A stretch of DNA of 61,563 bases, the filler included. It is 8 parts of 8 records of this genome, joined end to end, with 100 filler letters (N's around TTAATTAATTAA, not from the genome) between each part and the next. Parts side by side here need not be neighbours in the genome. Positions count along the whole stretch, not along the records: positions 17,643 to 22,829 come from SRR31147125_71173; positions 22,930 to 31,551 come from SRR31147125_71245; 6 more parts are not named here. One strand, 5' to 3'. Positions within the stretch are counted from its first letter, which is position 1; each line of letters begins with the position of its first letter. The position numbers and the translations under genes were made by a program. The notes beneath the pieces are model-generated. The model had not been told where the DNA came from. It did not search any database and saw only the letters and a list, made by a program, of their open reading frames with translations. Positions 19,517 through 29,707 of this stretch are shown here, piece after piece.

Positions 19517-21793
19517 TCAATATTCCCGATTACCATCATTCAAAACCTTTCGAAGCAATCTCGCCAGTTTCGAGCGTATCACAGGCTTCATGAGAAAGCC
19601 TTCAACCCCTATTTCTTCTACCCGCTCCGGATTGATTCTCTCGCTAAATCCAGTACAGATAATAACGGGGATATCAGGCCGGATCTCTTTAACAGCCCTG
19701 GTGAGTTCATCGCCGGTCATGGTGGGCATGGTCATGTCCGTCAACAGCAAATCGAAATTTGATGGATTGCTTTCAAACAGCCTCAATGCGTCGACACTAT
19801 TGTTTTTTGCAGTCACCTGATACCCCAGTCGCTCCAGCATCTGTTTGACCATTGAATTGACCACCTCTTCGTCATCGACCAACAGAATCTTTTCAGAACC
19901 TGTGGGCACGCTCTTTTTATCAATGGGGGGCCTTTCTTTTTTACTCTTTTCTACAATCGGAAGAAAAACCTTGAATAGGGTTCCCTTTCCTTCCTCGCTG
20001 CTCACTTCAATTTCCCCACCATGATCCTGCACGATTCCGTATACCAAGGCCAAGCCCAACCCTGTTCCTTTTCCCTGTTCTTTTGTCGTAAAATAGGGTT
20101 CGAATATTCTTTCCAGAACTTCCGGCGGCATTCCACTGCCATTGTCTGAGATGTGGAGCAGAGCATATTTTCCGGGTTGGAGCCTGCCGAAAAGGGGCGA
20201 CGCTTTCGTCAAAGAGACTTGATGGAGCTGTACGTCGATATTGCCGTTAATCCCTTCTACGGCATGAAACGCGTTGGTGATCAGATTCAACGTCAATTGA
20301 TGGAGCTGAGTGATATCCCCCATGACAAATCCGCACTTGTCATCAATCGTCCGGCGGATGGTTACATTGGACGGTATGGTTGAGCGGCAGAGTTTCAATA
20401 CCTCTTTGATCACGATGGAAATTGAAATCGGCGACATTTGACTTTCTGCGCGTCGACTGAACGTCAGGATCTGCTTAACGAGTTCTGCGGCCCTGTTTCC
20501 GGCTTCAAAAATCTTTTTCGCATTGGTGTATGCGCTACTCCCTTTTGGAAAATCTTCCATCATCAGCTCAGCTCTTCCGATGATGGGGAATAAGATGTTG
20601 TTGAAGTCATGGGCGATCCCGCCTGCCAAGGTACCGATGGACTCCATTTTTCTGGCCTGCCGAAGATCTCTCTCCATTTTTTTCATGGTTTCTTCAGCCT
20701 CTTTGATGTCCGTCAGGTCATGGACACAGATCACCACCCCGCTGACACGATTGTCGGCACCAAAAAAAGGATGATAAAAAACATTGATATAGCGGCGTCC
20801 GATCCCACGGAACTCAAACCATGTCCGGTAACTCACCGGCTCCCCCTCGAGGGCCAGATCGAACTTGGGTTGCACCACCATATTAAATTGCTCCGGACCG
20901 ACCAGCGATTCAACGGAGTGGCCGACGATCTCTTCCCTGGTTTTAGCATATGCCTTTATATATGCATTGTTCACGGCACGATAAATATAATGTTTATCTG
21001 CAAAAGACATTAAATCATTTGTGGAAGAGATGATATGCTCATAATTTCTTAATTCCCGAACGGAGGTTTTAAGATTGAGTCTCATGGTGTTGAGGGCATT
21101 TTCAAGAATATCGATTTCATCCATCGACTGTTCGATATTCCCACCTTTGTCCATGAAAACACCGACTTTTCTCTTATGGTGATCCACACGATTCTTTATG
21201 GAGACAGGGGTATCCAGATTGGCCATGGAAAGAGATTCGGCTTGGCGGGCGGCACGCTCCAGATAGCGACCTGCCAGAAAATAGAAAAGAGCAAATGCAG
21301 CCAATGCAAAAGTGAATGCATTGGTTGCCTGAGTGATGAACACTTTTACGGCAATGGATGTCAAACGGCCTTTAAACACCTGATAGTTGGGACAGATCAT
21401 TAAAAAACCCAAGTCCCTCACTTTCTTGACATCTTTGTAGAGTATGGGAAAGACATGACAAGGAATTTCTTCCGGCGGATCATCTCCCATTGCAAAGGAT
21501 TCTCCTCGATCATTTTGGATAACGGATTGGGAAATATAAGGCATTCGAACCAATCCTTCCAACTGGGCCTTCAACAGGTCATTGTTCAAATTCCAGATAC
21601 TTTTGGCAAGGCTGGGTGAAATGATCTCTCCGATTTCAAGGATGCTGTCATCTATCTTTTGGTGCCCCCCCCGATATTCCGTATAAATCAAAATGCTGGA
21701 ACAGATGCATGTCCATAAGAGACCGATACAAAATGACAATAACGCAATTTTTACGGCCAGACGGCGTTTTCTTGTTGGTGGTTGACTCGGCAT
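19517..21793 (-). CDS. Hybrid sensor histidine kinase (TM-periplasmic-PAS-HisKA-HATPase-REC)
   Basis: GTLAGGIAHDFNNIL H-box, NLITNA, DNGSGM, FTTK and GTGLGL. Receiver domain LLVDD...TDMTMP...LMKP. Confidence 0.93.
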   Translation of the reverse strand: MPSQPPTRKRRLAVKIALLSFCIGLLWTCICSSILIYTEYRGGHQKIDDSILEIGEIISPSLAKSIWNLNNDLLKAQLEGLVRMPYISQSVIQNDRGESFAMGDDPPEEIPCHVFPILYKDVKKVRDLGFLMICPNYQVFKGRLTSIAVKVFITQATNAFTFALAAFALFYFLAGRYLERAARQAESLSMANLDTPVSIKNRVDHHKRKVGVFMDKGGNIEQSMDEIDILENALNTMRLNLKTSVRELRNYEHIISSTNDLMSFADKHYIYRAVNNAYIKAYAKTREEIVGHSVESLVGPEQFNMVVQPKFDLALEGEPVSYRTWFEFRGIGRRYINVFYHPFFGADNRVSGVVICVHDLTDIKEAEETMKKMERDLRQARKMESIGTLAGGIAHDFNNILFPIIGRAELMMEDFPKGSSAYTNAKKIFEAGNRAAELVKQILTFSRRAESQMSPISISIVIKEVLKLCRSTIPSNVTIRRTIDDKCGFVMGDITQLHQLTLNLITNAFHAVEGINGNIDVQLHQVSLTKASPLFGRLQPGKYALLHISDNGSGMPPEVLERIFEPYFTTKEQGKGTGLGLALVYGIVQDHGGEIEVSSEEGKGTLFKVFLPIVEKSKKERPPIDKKSVPTGSEKILLVDDEEVVNSMVKQMLERLGYQVTAKNNSVDALRLFESNPSNFDLLLTDMTMPTMTGDELTRAVKEIRPDIPVIICTGFSERINPERVEEIGVEGFLMKPVIRSKLARLLRKVLNDGNREY

Positions 21794-21864
21794 TGATACG
21801 CCTTTTTTCTCAATTAACAGTCAATATCAAATTCAACTCTCATGAGCGACTCAGATCACTTAAT

Positions 21865-22710
21865 TCAGTAATGCCCCAAAGCGATGCGCAAATCAAGATT
21901 AGATCGCAATCTCTTTTCCATGCTTTCATAGTGAGAGCCTTTCCAGAAAATTTTGTCACAGAATGGACACTGCTTGAAATGGTGGTAATATTTTCTGGTT
22001 TTGGGCTCCAATCGATGGAGGATATCCCCTTTTTCGACTTTTTGGAGCAGGTGGTTACAGCAAAGACATCTGCTGAAAAAACAGCCGGAATCCCGAAGTC
22101 CGAAAAATTCCACTATTTCCGTCACCTGTTTATCCGGATAGATTTCCCGAACATAACGACCAAACGCAATGCGCTTTCGCTTCAATAGACCGATGTCTTT
22201 ACTCAATACAATCCGCCCTTCGATTTCCGCTTTTTCGGCGATCTCAGCATCCCTCAACCCGATGCTGTCGGTGGTATCCATTCCAATCATCCGCAATAAC
22301 GGCACAAGTTTCCCGACATTGACATCGACAATGAAACGGATGTGCTTTAAGGGGCGAGGACGAAGCATCGATGGAGAAAGAACCGTAAAGGGCGGAGAAA
22401 CGGGGTGAATGAAAAGCCGAGATGCCATCCGGGGAATATGATCAAATGAGACAAGCTTTGTTTCAGTCGGCCCATGGCCCTCGAAAATGGATTCCACATT
22501 GATGGATGTTAAATCAATCCCCCTTTCCCTTGCTTCAATGGCACCGACTTCCGTATGGGGAATGCCGTATGATTCAATGATATCCTTGATTGAAGCGTTC
22601 CGGAAAATGGGGGGCTCTACCGTCAAATCGGCGTTCCGCTTTCGAAGAAAAATTGAAAATGCTTTTGAGAAATGTATTTGACAACCGTTTTCACCCATTT
22701 GTTTTCCCAT
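21865..22710 (-). CDS. Mut7-C RNase (PIN-like) with N-terminal ubiquitin-like domain and Zn ribbon
   Basis: SIKDIIESYGIPHTEV (Ub-Mut7C), FIVDVNVGKL, EGRIVLSKD and SRCLCCN...CPFCDKIFWKGSHY. Confidence 0.88.
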   Translation of the reverse strand: MGKQMGENGCQIHFSKAFSIFLRKRNADLTVEPPIFRNASIKDIIESYGIPHTEVGAIEARERGIDLTSINVESIFEGHGPTETKLVSFDHIPRMASRLFIHPVSPPFTVLSPSMLRPRPLKHIRFIVDVNVGKLVPLLRMIGMDTTDSIGLRDAEIAEKAEIEGRIVLSKDIGLLKRKRIAFGRYVREIYPDKQVTEIVEFFGLRDSGCFFSRCLCCNHLLQKVEKGDILHRLEPKTRKYYHHFKQCPFCDKIFWKGSHYESMEKRLRSNLDLRIALGHY

Positions 22711-22829
22711 AGAAACCGTTTACATATCAAAGCGCCATGCTTACCGTTCTATAAGAAAAGGGAAAACATTGACAGGATAAAAAACACTTTTTTCACCTAC
22801 GCACTTTCCCTCAAATTTGGTACAAAAAA

Positions 22830-22929
22830 NNNNNNNNNNNNNNNNNNNNNNNNNNNNNNNNNNNNNNNNNNNNTTAATTAATTAANNNNNNNNNNNNNNN
22901 NNNNNNNNNNNNNNNNNNNNNNNNNNNNN
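22830..22929. other. Artificial contig spacer
   Basis: N44-TTAATTAATTAA-N44. Confidence 0.98.
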
Positions 22930-24021
22930 GTTTTTACCAACTTCCATCCACCAGTCCCAGATGTTTTCGATAAAGTCGATCAGTTCTTCGAAATCATTTT
23001 CCTTCTCGACTTTCATGAACGGTACCATCAGGGTGGACATCTGTGCACCTTCGAGGATCGGGGCCTTGGCGCCGACGAGAATCGTTGCGCCCTGCTCTGC
23101 TCCCGGACGCAACGCCCGCGGCATAACGTTGATGCAATGCATACAGCGGGTACATTCTGCATCGTCGATCTTCAGTTCGTCACCTTCCATCCACATGCAC
23201 TCGGTCGGACACAGGTCGATAACCTCTTTATTGATATCGAACGCACCCCAGTCTTTGCCACTGTGGGCGCCGCCGTTTGCAGGAATGTTACCGGCAAGAT
23301 ACTCTTTAACCGCTGCCTGATCGATCCTGATGTTATCTTTCCACGTACCGATAACGGACACATCCGAACGGGCAATAGCTGCAACACAGTCATTCGGGCA
23401 ACCGGAAAACTTGAATTTGAACTTGTACGGGAATGCGGGACGGTGAACTTCATCCTGGTAATGCAGGGTCAGGTGAAAGCATGCTTCCTGGGTGTCGTAA
23501 CAAGCCCACTCGCAACGGGACTGGCCGAGGCAGCAGGCCGGGGAGCGCAGGTTGGAACCGGAACCACCGAGATCCTGGCCCATCTCATGGGTGAGATCCC
23601 AGAAAAACGGCTCAAGGGCTTCCGTCCGGCAACCGAGCATAATGATATCACCGGTGGAGCCGTGGAAGTTCGTTACGCCGGAACCGTGCTTCTCCCAGAG
23701 ATCTGAGAGCTGGCGCAGATTTGCACTGGAATAGTATTTTGATGCCGGCTGAGCGACACGGATGGTGTGAAAGTGCTCAACACCGGGGAATCGCTCGGGC
23801 ATGTCAGAATAACGTCCAACAATACCGCCGCCATATCCGAAAACACCGACGATCCCGCCGTGCTTCCAGTGGGTGATCCGATCCTCGTAGGACAGTTCAA
23901 GCTGACCGAGAATGTCGTACACTTCCGGCTTGGTTTCCGCCATCGCTTTCATGTCGCTCACGAAACTCGGCCACGGACCGCTCTCGAGTTGGTCTAACAA
24001 GGGTGTCTCATGTTTTGCCAT
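22930..24021 (-). CDS. dsrA: Dissimilatory sulfite reductase alpha subunit, 3' truncated
   Basis: [40 protein letters not shown], sirohaem/Fe-S CLGQSRC...GCPNDC and ferredoxin CTRCMHC. GGAGG RBS. Confidence 0.98.
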
Positions 24022-24213
24022 GATTTCCTCCATTGAATTACAGTTAATACTACTACCCTATCCAAAAAAACATATACAGATCACGTATTATGAACAAAAA
24101 ACGGGGAGATAGTATGACTCCCTACCTTCCCGCCCATTGCGTTCTTTCAACTGGCATATCCCGCACAACGAAAGCACAATACACTGAACCGGTGAAGAAT
24201 TACGTAGCAGATG

Positions 24214-24242
24214 AGGATATAACCCCCATATATTTTTGTCAA
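24214..24242 (-). promoter_or_regulatory. Sigma-70 promoter for dsrA
   Basis: Minus-strand TTGACA-N17-TATCCT, about 190 nt upstream of the dsrA ATG. Confidence 0.65.
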
Positions 24243-24308
24243 CAAAAAAGCAACCGCAAGCAGGGCAAAAATGAACAGCGATTCACCAATCGGGTACCTT
24301 TCTATCCT

Positions 24309-25880
24309 TTATTTTTCAAGCGACTCGAGAAACTGGGCTTCAACCGATGAATCCATTGTTTGAGGGTCGCCCATATAGTGCAGGAAGCGTTTCGCGAGGA
24401 CCTTCCCAAGCTCCACGCCCTCCTGGTCAAACGAGTTGATATTCCAGGCAAACCCCTGGTACACGATCTTGGCTTCGTAGAGCGCCAGCAGGCGACCCAT
24501 CGTGGCCGGGTCGAGCCTGTCGCCAATCAACACCGAACTGGGTCTGTTTCCGGCAAACCGTTTATTGGGATTATCATGCTCCTGCCCGGCCGCCAGAGCA
24601 ACGGATTGTGCGAACATATTCGCCAGCAGTTTCTGCTGGGAGGTGGTTTTATCGACAATTATATCTTTCCCATACTGGTTGGCCATGAAACCGATAAATT
24701 CCGCCGGAACGATTTCAGTCCCCTGGTGAAGCAGTTGATAAAACGCATGCTGACCATTCGTGCCCGGTTCGCCCCAGACGACCGGGCCGGTCTTCATCGC
24801 AACCGGTTCCCCGCCATCTCTGATGATCGATTTTCCGTTACTCTCCATATCGCATTGCTGCAGGTGGGCGGCGAAGCGGTGCAGCCCCTGACTGTAGGGC
24901 AGTACGGCCACGGTTGGGTACCCGAGGAAGTTATGGTTCCAGATCCCGAGCAGGGCCAGCAGCAGGGCCGCATTGTCCGTCACCCCGGGCTGTTCGCACC
25001 CGTTATCCATCTCGTTGGCACCGGCCAGAAACGAGCGCAGCTGATCCATACCCAGTGCAAACCCGAGGCAGACACAGCCAACCATGGACGTGACGCTGTA
25101 GCGCCCACCGATATAATCGTACATGTAAAACGACCGCAGGTAGCGCTCGGGATTGTCCATCGGACTCGAGGCGCCGGTAACCGCGATGAAATGACGGGCC
25201 GGATCAAGGCCGGCCTCGACGAATCGTGCCCGCACCAGTTCCTCGTTGGTCTGCGTCTCCAACGTGGTTCCACTCTTCGAGACGACCGCCACCAGCGTAC
25301 GGGCGGGATCGATCGAATCGAGCACCTGAGCGGCGTCATCAGGGTCCACGTTTGCGATAAAACGAACCGTTCTTCCGTCTATATTATACGCCTTGAGCGC
25401 CTCATAGACCGCACGCGGGCCCAGATCGGATCCCCCGATTCCGACATTGATCATTGTCGTAAAAGAGCGTTCCCGGTCGATCTCGTCAAGAAATGCGGCG
25501 AGTTTCTCCAACTCGGCCGCGGCCTGGACTGCCGATTCTGGCTCTCGCGGAGACGCGGAGAACTGATCGCGGCTGGATGTGTGGAGCACGCGCCTGTTCT
25601 CGCTCTCCCAGCCATCGATCCGATTGATGACCGCACCTCCGCGCATTTGCTTGAACTGCTCTACGAGATGATGTTCGTCCGCAAATTCCTGAAATCCGTC
25701 CAGTACCTCACCGTCTACACGCTGGGTTGCATAGTGCAGCCGCAAACCGGCAGTCCGACAGACCATCCTGGAAATACGGTTATCATCGGCAAACGAGGAG
25801 CCGACCAGATTAACGGGCGTTTCAGCCAGCTTTTTGAGGCGCAACCAGGATCTGCTTTGCGTCGCATCGCTTTTCATCAC
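24309..25880 (-). CDS. pgi: Glucose-6-phosphate isomerase
   Basis: GIGGSDLGP, SKSGTTLET, GGRYSV, MESNGK, GEPGTNGQHAFYQLLHQG and SFDQEGVELGK. Confidence 0.97.
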   Translation of the reverse strand: MMKSDATQSRSWLRLKKLAETPVNLVGSSFADDNRISRMVCRTAGLRLHYATQRVDGEVLDGFQEFADEHHLVEQFKQMRGGAVINRIDGWESENRRVLHTSSRDQFSASPREPESAVQAAAELEKLAAFLDEIDRERSFTTMINVGIGGSDLGPRAVYEALKAYNIDGRTVRFIANVDPDDAAQVLDSIDPARTLVAVVSKSGTTLETQTNEELVRARFVEAGLDPARHFIAVTGASSPMDNPERYLRSFYMYDYIGGRYSVTSMVGCVCLGFALGMDQLRSFLAGANEMDNGCEQPGVTDNAALLLALLGIWNHNFLGYPTVAVLPYSQGLHRFAAHLQQCDMESNGKSIIRDGGEPVAMKTGPVVWGEPGTNGQHAFYQLLHQGTEIVPAEFIGFMANQYGKDIIVDKTTSQQKLLANMFAQSVALAAGQEHDNPNKRFAGNRPSSVLIGDRLDPATMGRLLALYEAKIVYQGFAWNINSFDQEGVELGKVLAKRFLHYMGDPQTMDSSVEAQFLESLEK

Positions 25881-25923
25881 TTGTCCTTTTTGTTGGAGGG
25901 GGTGACGAGTGTGTTCCGATCAT

Positions 25924-26619
25924 TCACTTTTCAATGATCGGGCTCGTCCCCTGCGTCGCAAGGGCGCGCAGATTATCGATCGTGTCCCGGTAGGAGTCGC
26001 TTTTGTAGACCGCTGAACCGGCGACGAAGATATTCGCCCCGGCGCTCGCGGCTGCGCCGATGGTTTCAACCCCGATGCCACCGTCAACCTCGATTCCGAC
26101 TTGCAGCCCCCGGTTGTCGATCATCGTTTTCAACCGGTGAATTTTCTCCAGCGTTGCAGGAATGAACTGCTGGCCGCCAAATCCCGGGTTGACGCTCATC
26201 AGCATTACCAGGTCCAGGTCATCGAGAACGAACTCTACCGTTTCGAGAGGGGTCGCCGGGTTCACGACCGCACCGGCCTTGAGGCCGAGCCCGCGAATAT
26301 AGGAGAGCGTTCGCTGCAGGTGGGTGCACGCCTCGACATGGACCGTGATCCAATCGGCCCCGGCGTCAACGAACTGGTCGATATACGAATCCGCATCGGT
26401 CACCATCAGATGGACATCGAGCGGCTTTGCCGTTGCCCGCCGGGCCGCCTCAACCACGAGTGGCCCGATGGTGATATTCGGTACGAAATGACCGTCCATC
26501 ACATCCACGTGGATTACGTCGGCATCCGCCTCCTCGACAGCCTTTATTTCCTCTCCCAGTCTGGTGAAGTCCGCCGACAGAATCGACGGCGCTATTAGTA
26601 TTTCACTATTCATAGACAA
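25924..26619 (-). CDS. rpe: Ribulose-phosphate 3-epimerase
   Basis: IAPSILSADF, HVDVMDGHFVPN, MSVNPGFGGQ and VDGG. Confidence 0.97.
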   Translation of the reverse strand: MSMNSEILIAPSILSADFTRLGEEIKAVEEADADVIHVDVMDGHFVPNITIGPLVVEAARRATAKPLDVHLMVTDADSYIDQFVDAGADWITVHVEACTHLQRTLSYIRGLGLKAGAVVNPATPLETVEFVLDDLDLVMLMSVNPGFGGQQFIPATLEKIHRLKTMIDNRGLQVGIEVDGGIGVETIGAAASAGANIFVAGSAVYKSDSYRDTIDNLRALATQGTSPIIEK

Positions 26620-26656
26620 TTCCTTATCGATAATTCACGTACCCTATGCGGTACAA

Positions 26657-27769
26657 CTATGGCAGCTCACCAACCAGCCGCACCTCGTCTCCGGGAAGAA
26701 CCTCAACGAGACCGGCAAGCTCGAGGGTAAGCAGCGCCCCCTGCAGACGTTGCAGATCCATGCCCGAACGCCGCAGCAACTCATCTCTATTTTGCGGATA
26801 CGGTTCCACCAGCCTCAACAGGGCCCCGGCTTCCGCATCGATTTCCGGTGACGCACTGCCACCGGATCCTGCCGCTTTCATATGTGCGGGCGCGCCTGAC
26901 AGCTGTTCAAGGACGTCGGTAGCTGAGACGATGAGCGTAGCCCCCTGCTGTACCAGCCAGTGCGCTCCGGCGCTCCGATCCGAATCGATCTGACCGGGCA
27001 CCGCAAACACCTCCCTTCCCTCCTCGAGCGCGTACTGAACGGTTATCAGGGATCCGGACTTCTTTGATGCCTCAACGACGATAATTCCGCGGCACAGACC
27101 GGCGATAATCCGGTTGCGCGCCGGGAACCGAAAGCCTTCCGGTCTGGTTCCGAGCGGATACTCACTGACCAGCAGTCCCCGGGACCTGATCTGCTCGAAC
27201 AGGCGCCGATTTTTCCCCGGATACACGACGTCGATGCCACATCCCAGCACCCCGATGGTCGACCCGCCGCCCTCGAGACAGCCTGCATGCGCTTCTGCAT
27301 CGATACCCAGGGCCACCCCCGAGACAACACAGATACCTGCACTCCCCAACTCCTTTCCAAGCCGATGGGAGATCCGGCGACCGTAACTGGTGGCAGCCCT
27401 CGATCCGACAATACCGACACCATACTCATTGAGTAATTCACTTCTGCCATAGACATAGAGCACCGGGGGAGGCTGCGCAGTCTGTTTCAAAAGCTCGGGA
27501 TAGACATCATCGGCAAAGACAATCGCCTCTGCACCTAGCTTGTGCAGCCGGCTCAACTCTTCCGCAGCCGCTTCACGCAGCCGGTTCTTTTCGGCCAGCG
27601 CAGCAATGCGCTCGGGCCCCAGTCCGTTGACCCGCCGCAGTTCATGCGGCGTTGCATCGAGCACCGCCTGCGGGGAACCAAACCACTCGACCAGATGATA
27701 GAACAGCGTCGTGCCGATCTTTTGTGCCAGACTGAGCGCTACCCAATCCGTTGCGTGACTGTCACTCAT
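26657..27769 (-). CDS. dprA: DNA-processing protein DprA
   Basis: IVGSRAAT, VSGVALGIDAEAH, FPARNRIIAGL, VEASKKSGSLIT and GREVFAVPG. Confidence 0.96.
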   Translation of the reverse strand: MSDSHATDWVALSLAQKIGTTLFYHLVEWFGSPQAVLDATPHELRRVNGLGPERIAALAEKNRLREAAAEELSRLHKLGAEAIVFADDVYPELLKQTAQPPPVLYVYGRSELLNEYGVGIVGSRAATSYGRRISHRLGKELGSAGICVVSGVALGIDAEAHAGCLEGGGSTIGVLGCGIDVVYPGKNRRLFEQIRSRGLLVSEYPLGTRPEGFRFPARNRIIAGLCRGIIVVEASKKSGSLITVQYALEEGREVFAVPGQIDSDRSAGAHWLVQQGATLIVSATDVLEQLSGAPAHMKAAGSGGSASPEIDAEAGALLRLVEPYPQNRDELLRRSGMDLQRLQGALLTLELAGLVEVLPGDEVRLVGELP

Positions 27770-27862
27770 GGAATTGATACGCGGGTGTGATCCTCTGAAA
27801 CCTGAATTCTGAATTCTGAACGACAGATTGACCGATCGGCTCGTCCGGACCTCCGGAACCAG

Positions 27863-29524
27863 TCAATCGGTCATGAAAACCCTGAGCTCTTCTATCCTGG
27901 AAGGGTGCTTCAGCTTCAGGATCGCCTGCGCCTCGATCTGTCGGATACGCTCCCGGGTCACCGCAAAACACTTGCCGACCTCTTCCAGGGTATGGTCGTA
28001 GTCAACATCAATTCCGTAGCGCATTTTCAGGACTTTCGCCTCCCGTGGCGTAAGTGTGGACATCACCTGATTCAGACACTCGCTCAAGCTGGCTGTGATG
28101 GACACGTCATGGGGGCCGGGCCGCTCGGAATCTTCAATAAAGTCACCAAGAAACGTTTCTCCATCGTCCCCGACCGGCGTATCGAGGGAAATCGCGTCTT
28201 TTGCTATCTTCAGAGCGCTCTTCACCTTGGAGACATCAGTACCGACCTGGTTGGCCATCTCTTCGGGTGTGGGTTCGCGGTGCTCCTCCACCAGAAACTC
28301 CTTGGACACCCGCAGCAGCCGATTGATTGTTTCAATCATGTGCACCGGAAGCCGTATGGTCCGCCCCTGGTCGGCAATACCCCGTGTTATCGCCTGCCTG
28401 ATCCACCACGTTGCATAAGTGCTGAATTTGTACCCGCGGTGATAGTCGAATTTATCGACCGCTTTCATCAGGCCGATATTGCCCTCCTGAATCAGATCGG
28501 AGAACTGCAGCCCCCGGTTGACGAATTTCTTGGACACGGATATCACCAGCCGCAGATTTGCCCGGACGAGTGACTCCTTCCCATGACGAATCATGTCGCG
28601 CCCGGCTTCGATCTCGTTGAAAAGTCGCCTCAGGGCCTCGCCGTCCACTCCGGCCTCGAGCATGAACTCACGATTTACCTGCCTTTCAATTGTTTTCACG
28701 AAAAGCGGATCATTGCGTTTTGACTGGGCCGGCCGGGCACCTTTCATCACCTCGACCAGCACCTGCCTGAAGCGCCTGTCCAGCTCTTCGACGGCCCCGA
28801 CTATTGATTCGATGCATTCCTGGCAGATCAACCGTTCCGCGAACAACAGGGCTATCTCTCCACTTAGCGCAATAACCTGTGAGCGTAGTTCCCCATAGCG
28901 CTCCTCGTCCTCCGCATCCCTCATCTCCTCAAGCAGTTTGCACCGCTTTCCATCAAGTTCCGTAGCCGTTTTGAACCTGTCGATAAAAGTTTCCGTTGCC
29001 GCCTGCGCCTCATCCGGCCGATCTTCTACCACTCCCTGCAAAACCTGAAAGATCTTCGCCTTCTGTTCCTCAATCTCGGAGATCAACTCACCGATAACAG
29101 GCAATGCCAGCGGGGTAGACAGAACCGCGTCCTGTATCCGAATCTTTCCCTGTTCGATAGTGCGGGCAAACCCGAGTTCCTCCTCATGGCTCAGCAAGGC
29201 GAGACTACCCATTTCCCTCAGGTAGATATTCATCGGGTCGGCCGAGTGCCGGTCGCCCTGCTCCGGGCTTCGTGACGCCCGGCGCCTCCGGTCACCTCTG
29301 CGACGGTCGTTCACCGCACCACCACGGCGGTCACCGCCCCTCTTTCGGCGTTCGGAGGAAACTGATTCAGGCAAGGATCCAGGGGCAGCGCCTTCTTCCG
29401 CATCATAGATACCGGTCAAGTCCCATATCGTCGAGTCGTCCTGACCGTAGTGGTCGTTGTCGGAATCAACGCCTTCCGCGTCGAGATCCTGCTCTTCGAG
29501 ATCGTTGTATTCGTCAGTAGCCAT
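27863..29524 (-). CDS. rpoD: RNA polymerase sigma-70 factor RpoD (atypical N-terminus)
   Basis: [11 protein letters not shown] (region 1.2), [27 protein letters not shown] and TLEEVG...RERIRQIE. Lies directly downstream of dnaG. Confidence 0.9.
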   Translation of the reverse strand: MATDEYNDLEEQDLDAEGVDSDNDHYGQDDSTIWDLTGIYDAEEGAAPGSLPESVSSERRKRGGDRRGGAVNDRRRGDRRRRASRSPEQGDRHSADPMNIYLREMGSLALLSHEEELGFARTIEQGKIRIQDAVLSTPLALPVIGELISEIEEQKAKIFQVLQGVVEDRPDEAQAATETFIDRFKTATELDGKRCKLLEEMRDAEDEERYGELRSQVIALSGEIALLFAERLICQECIESIVGAVEELDRRFRQVLVEVMKGARPAQSKRNDPLFVKTIERQVNREFMLEAGVDGEALRRLFNEIEAGRDMIRHGKESLVRANLRLVISVSKKFVNRGLQFSDLIQEGNIGLMKAVDKFDYHRGYKFSTYATWWIRQAITRGIADQGRTIRLPVHMIETINRLLRVSKEFLVEEHREPTPEEMANQVGTDVSKVKSALKIAKDAISLDTPVGDDGETFLGDFIEDSERPGPHDVSITASLSECLNQVMSTLTPREAKVLKMRYGIDVDYDHTLEEVGKCFAVTRERIRQIEAQAILKLKHPSRIEELRVFMTD

Positions 29525-29707
29525 TTCCAGATTTACCTTCAGTGAAGCGAGATAGAGAAGCTCCACCTCAATTCAAATCAATTCAGGGTTACTGGGCACC
29601 CACGCTGAAAACAAGCAATTTCAAGTGAAACTATTATTCTTCCAAAATACTATTATTAATAGATGATTACCCTGATAAAAGCAACTTGATCATGCTTCAT
29701 GCCACAA

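Noticed and set aside
24360-25937. 525-aa ORF antisense to pgi, and similar long antisense ORFs over rpoD, cobA, apgM and adk
   Set aside because: These are shadow ORFs expected from GC-rich codon bias opposite well-conserved genes, with no recognisable motifs.
27793-27820. Short CTGAATT-type tandem repeat between rpoD and dprA
   Set aside because: Only about three to four degenerate units with no spacers, so it is too short to call CRISPR or a functional repeat.
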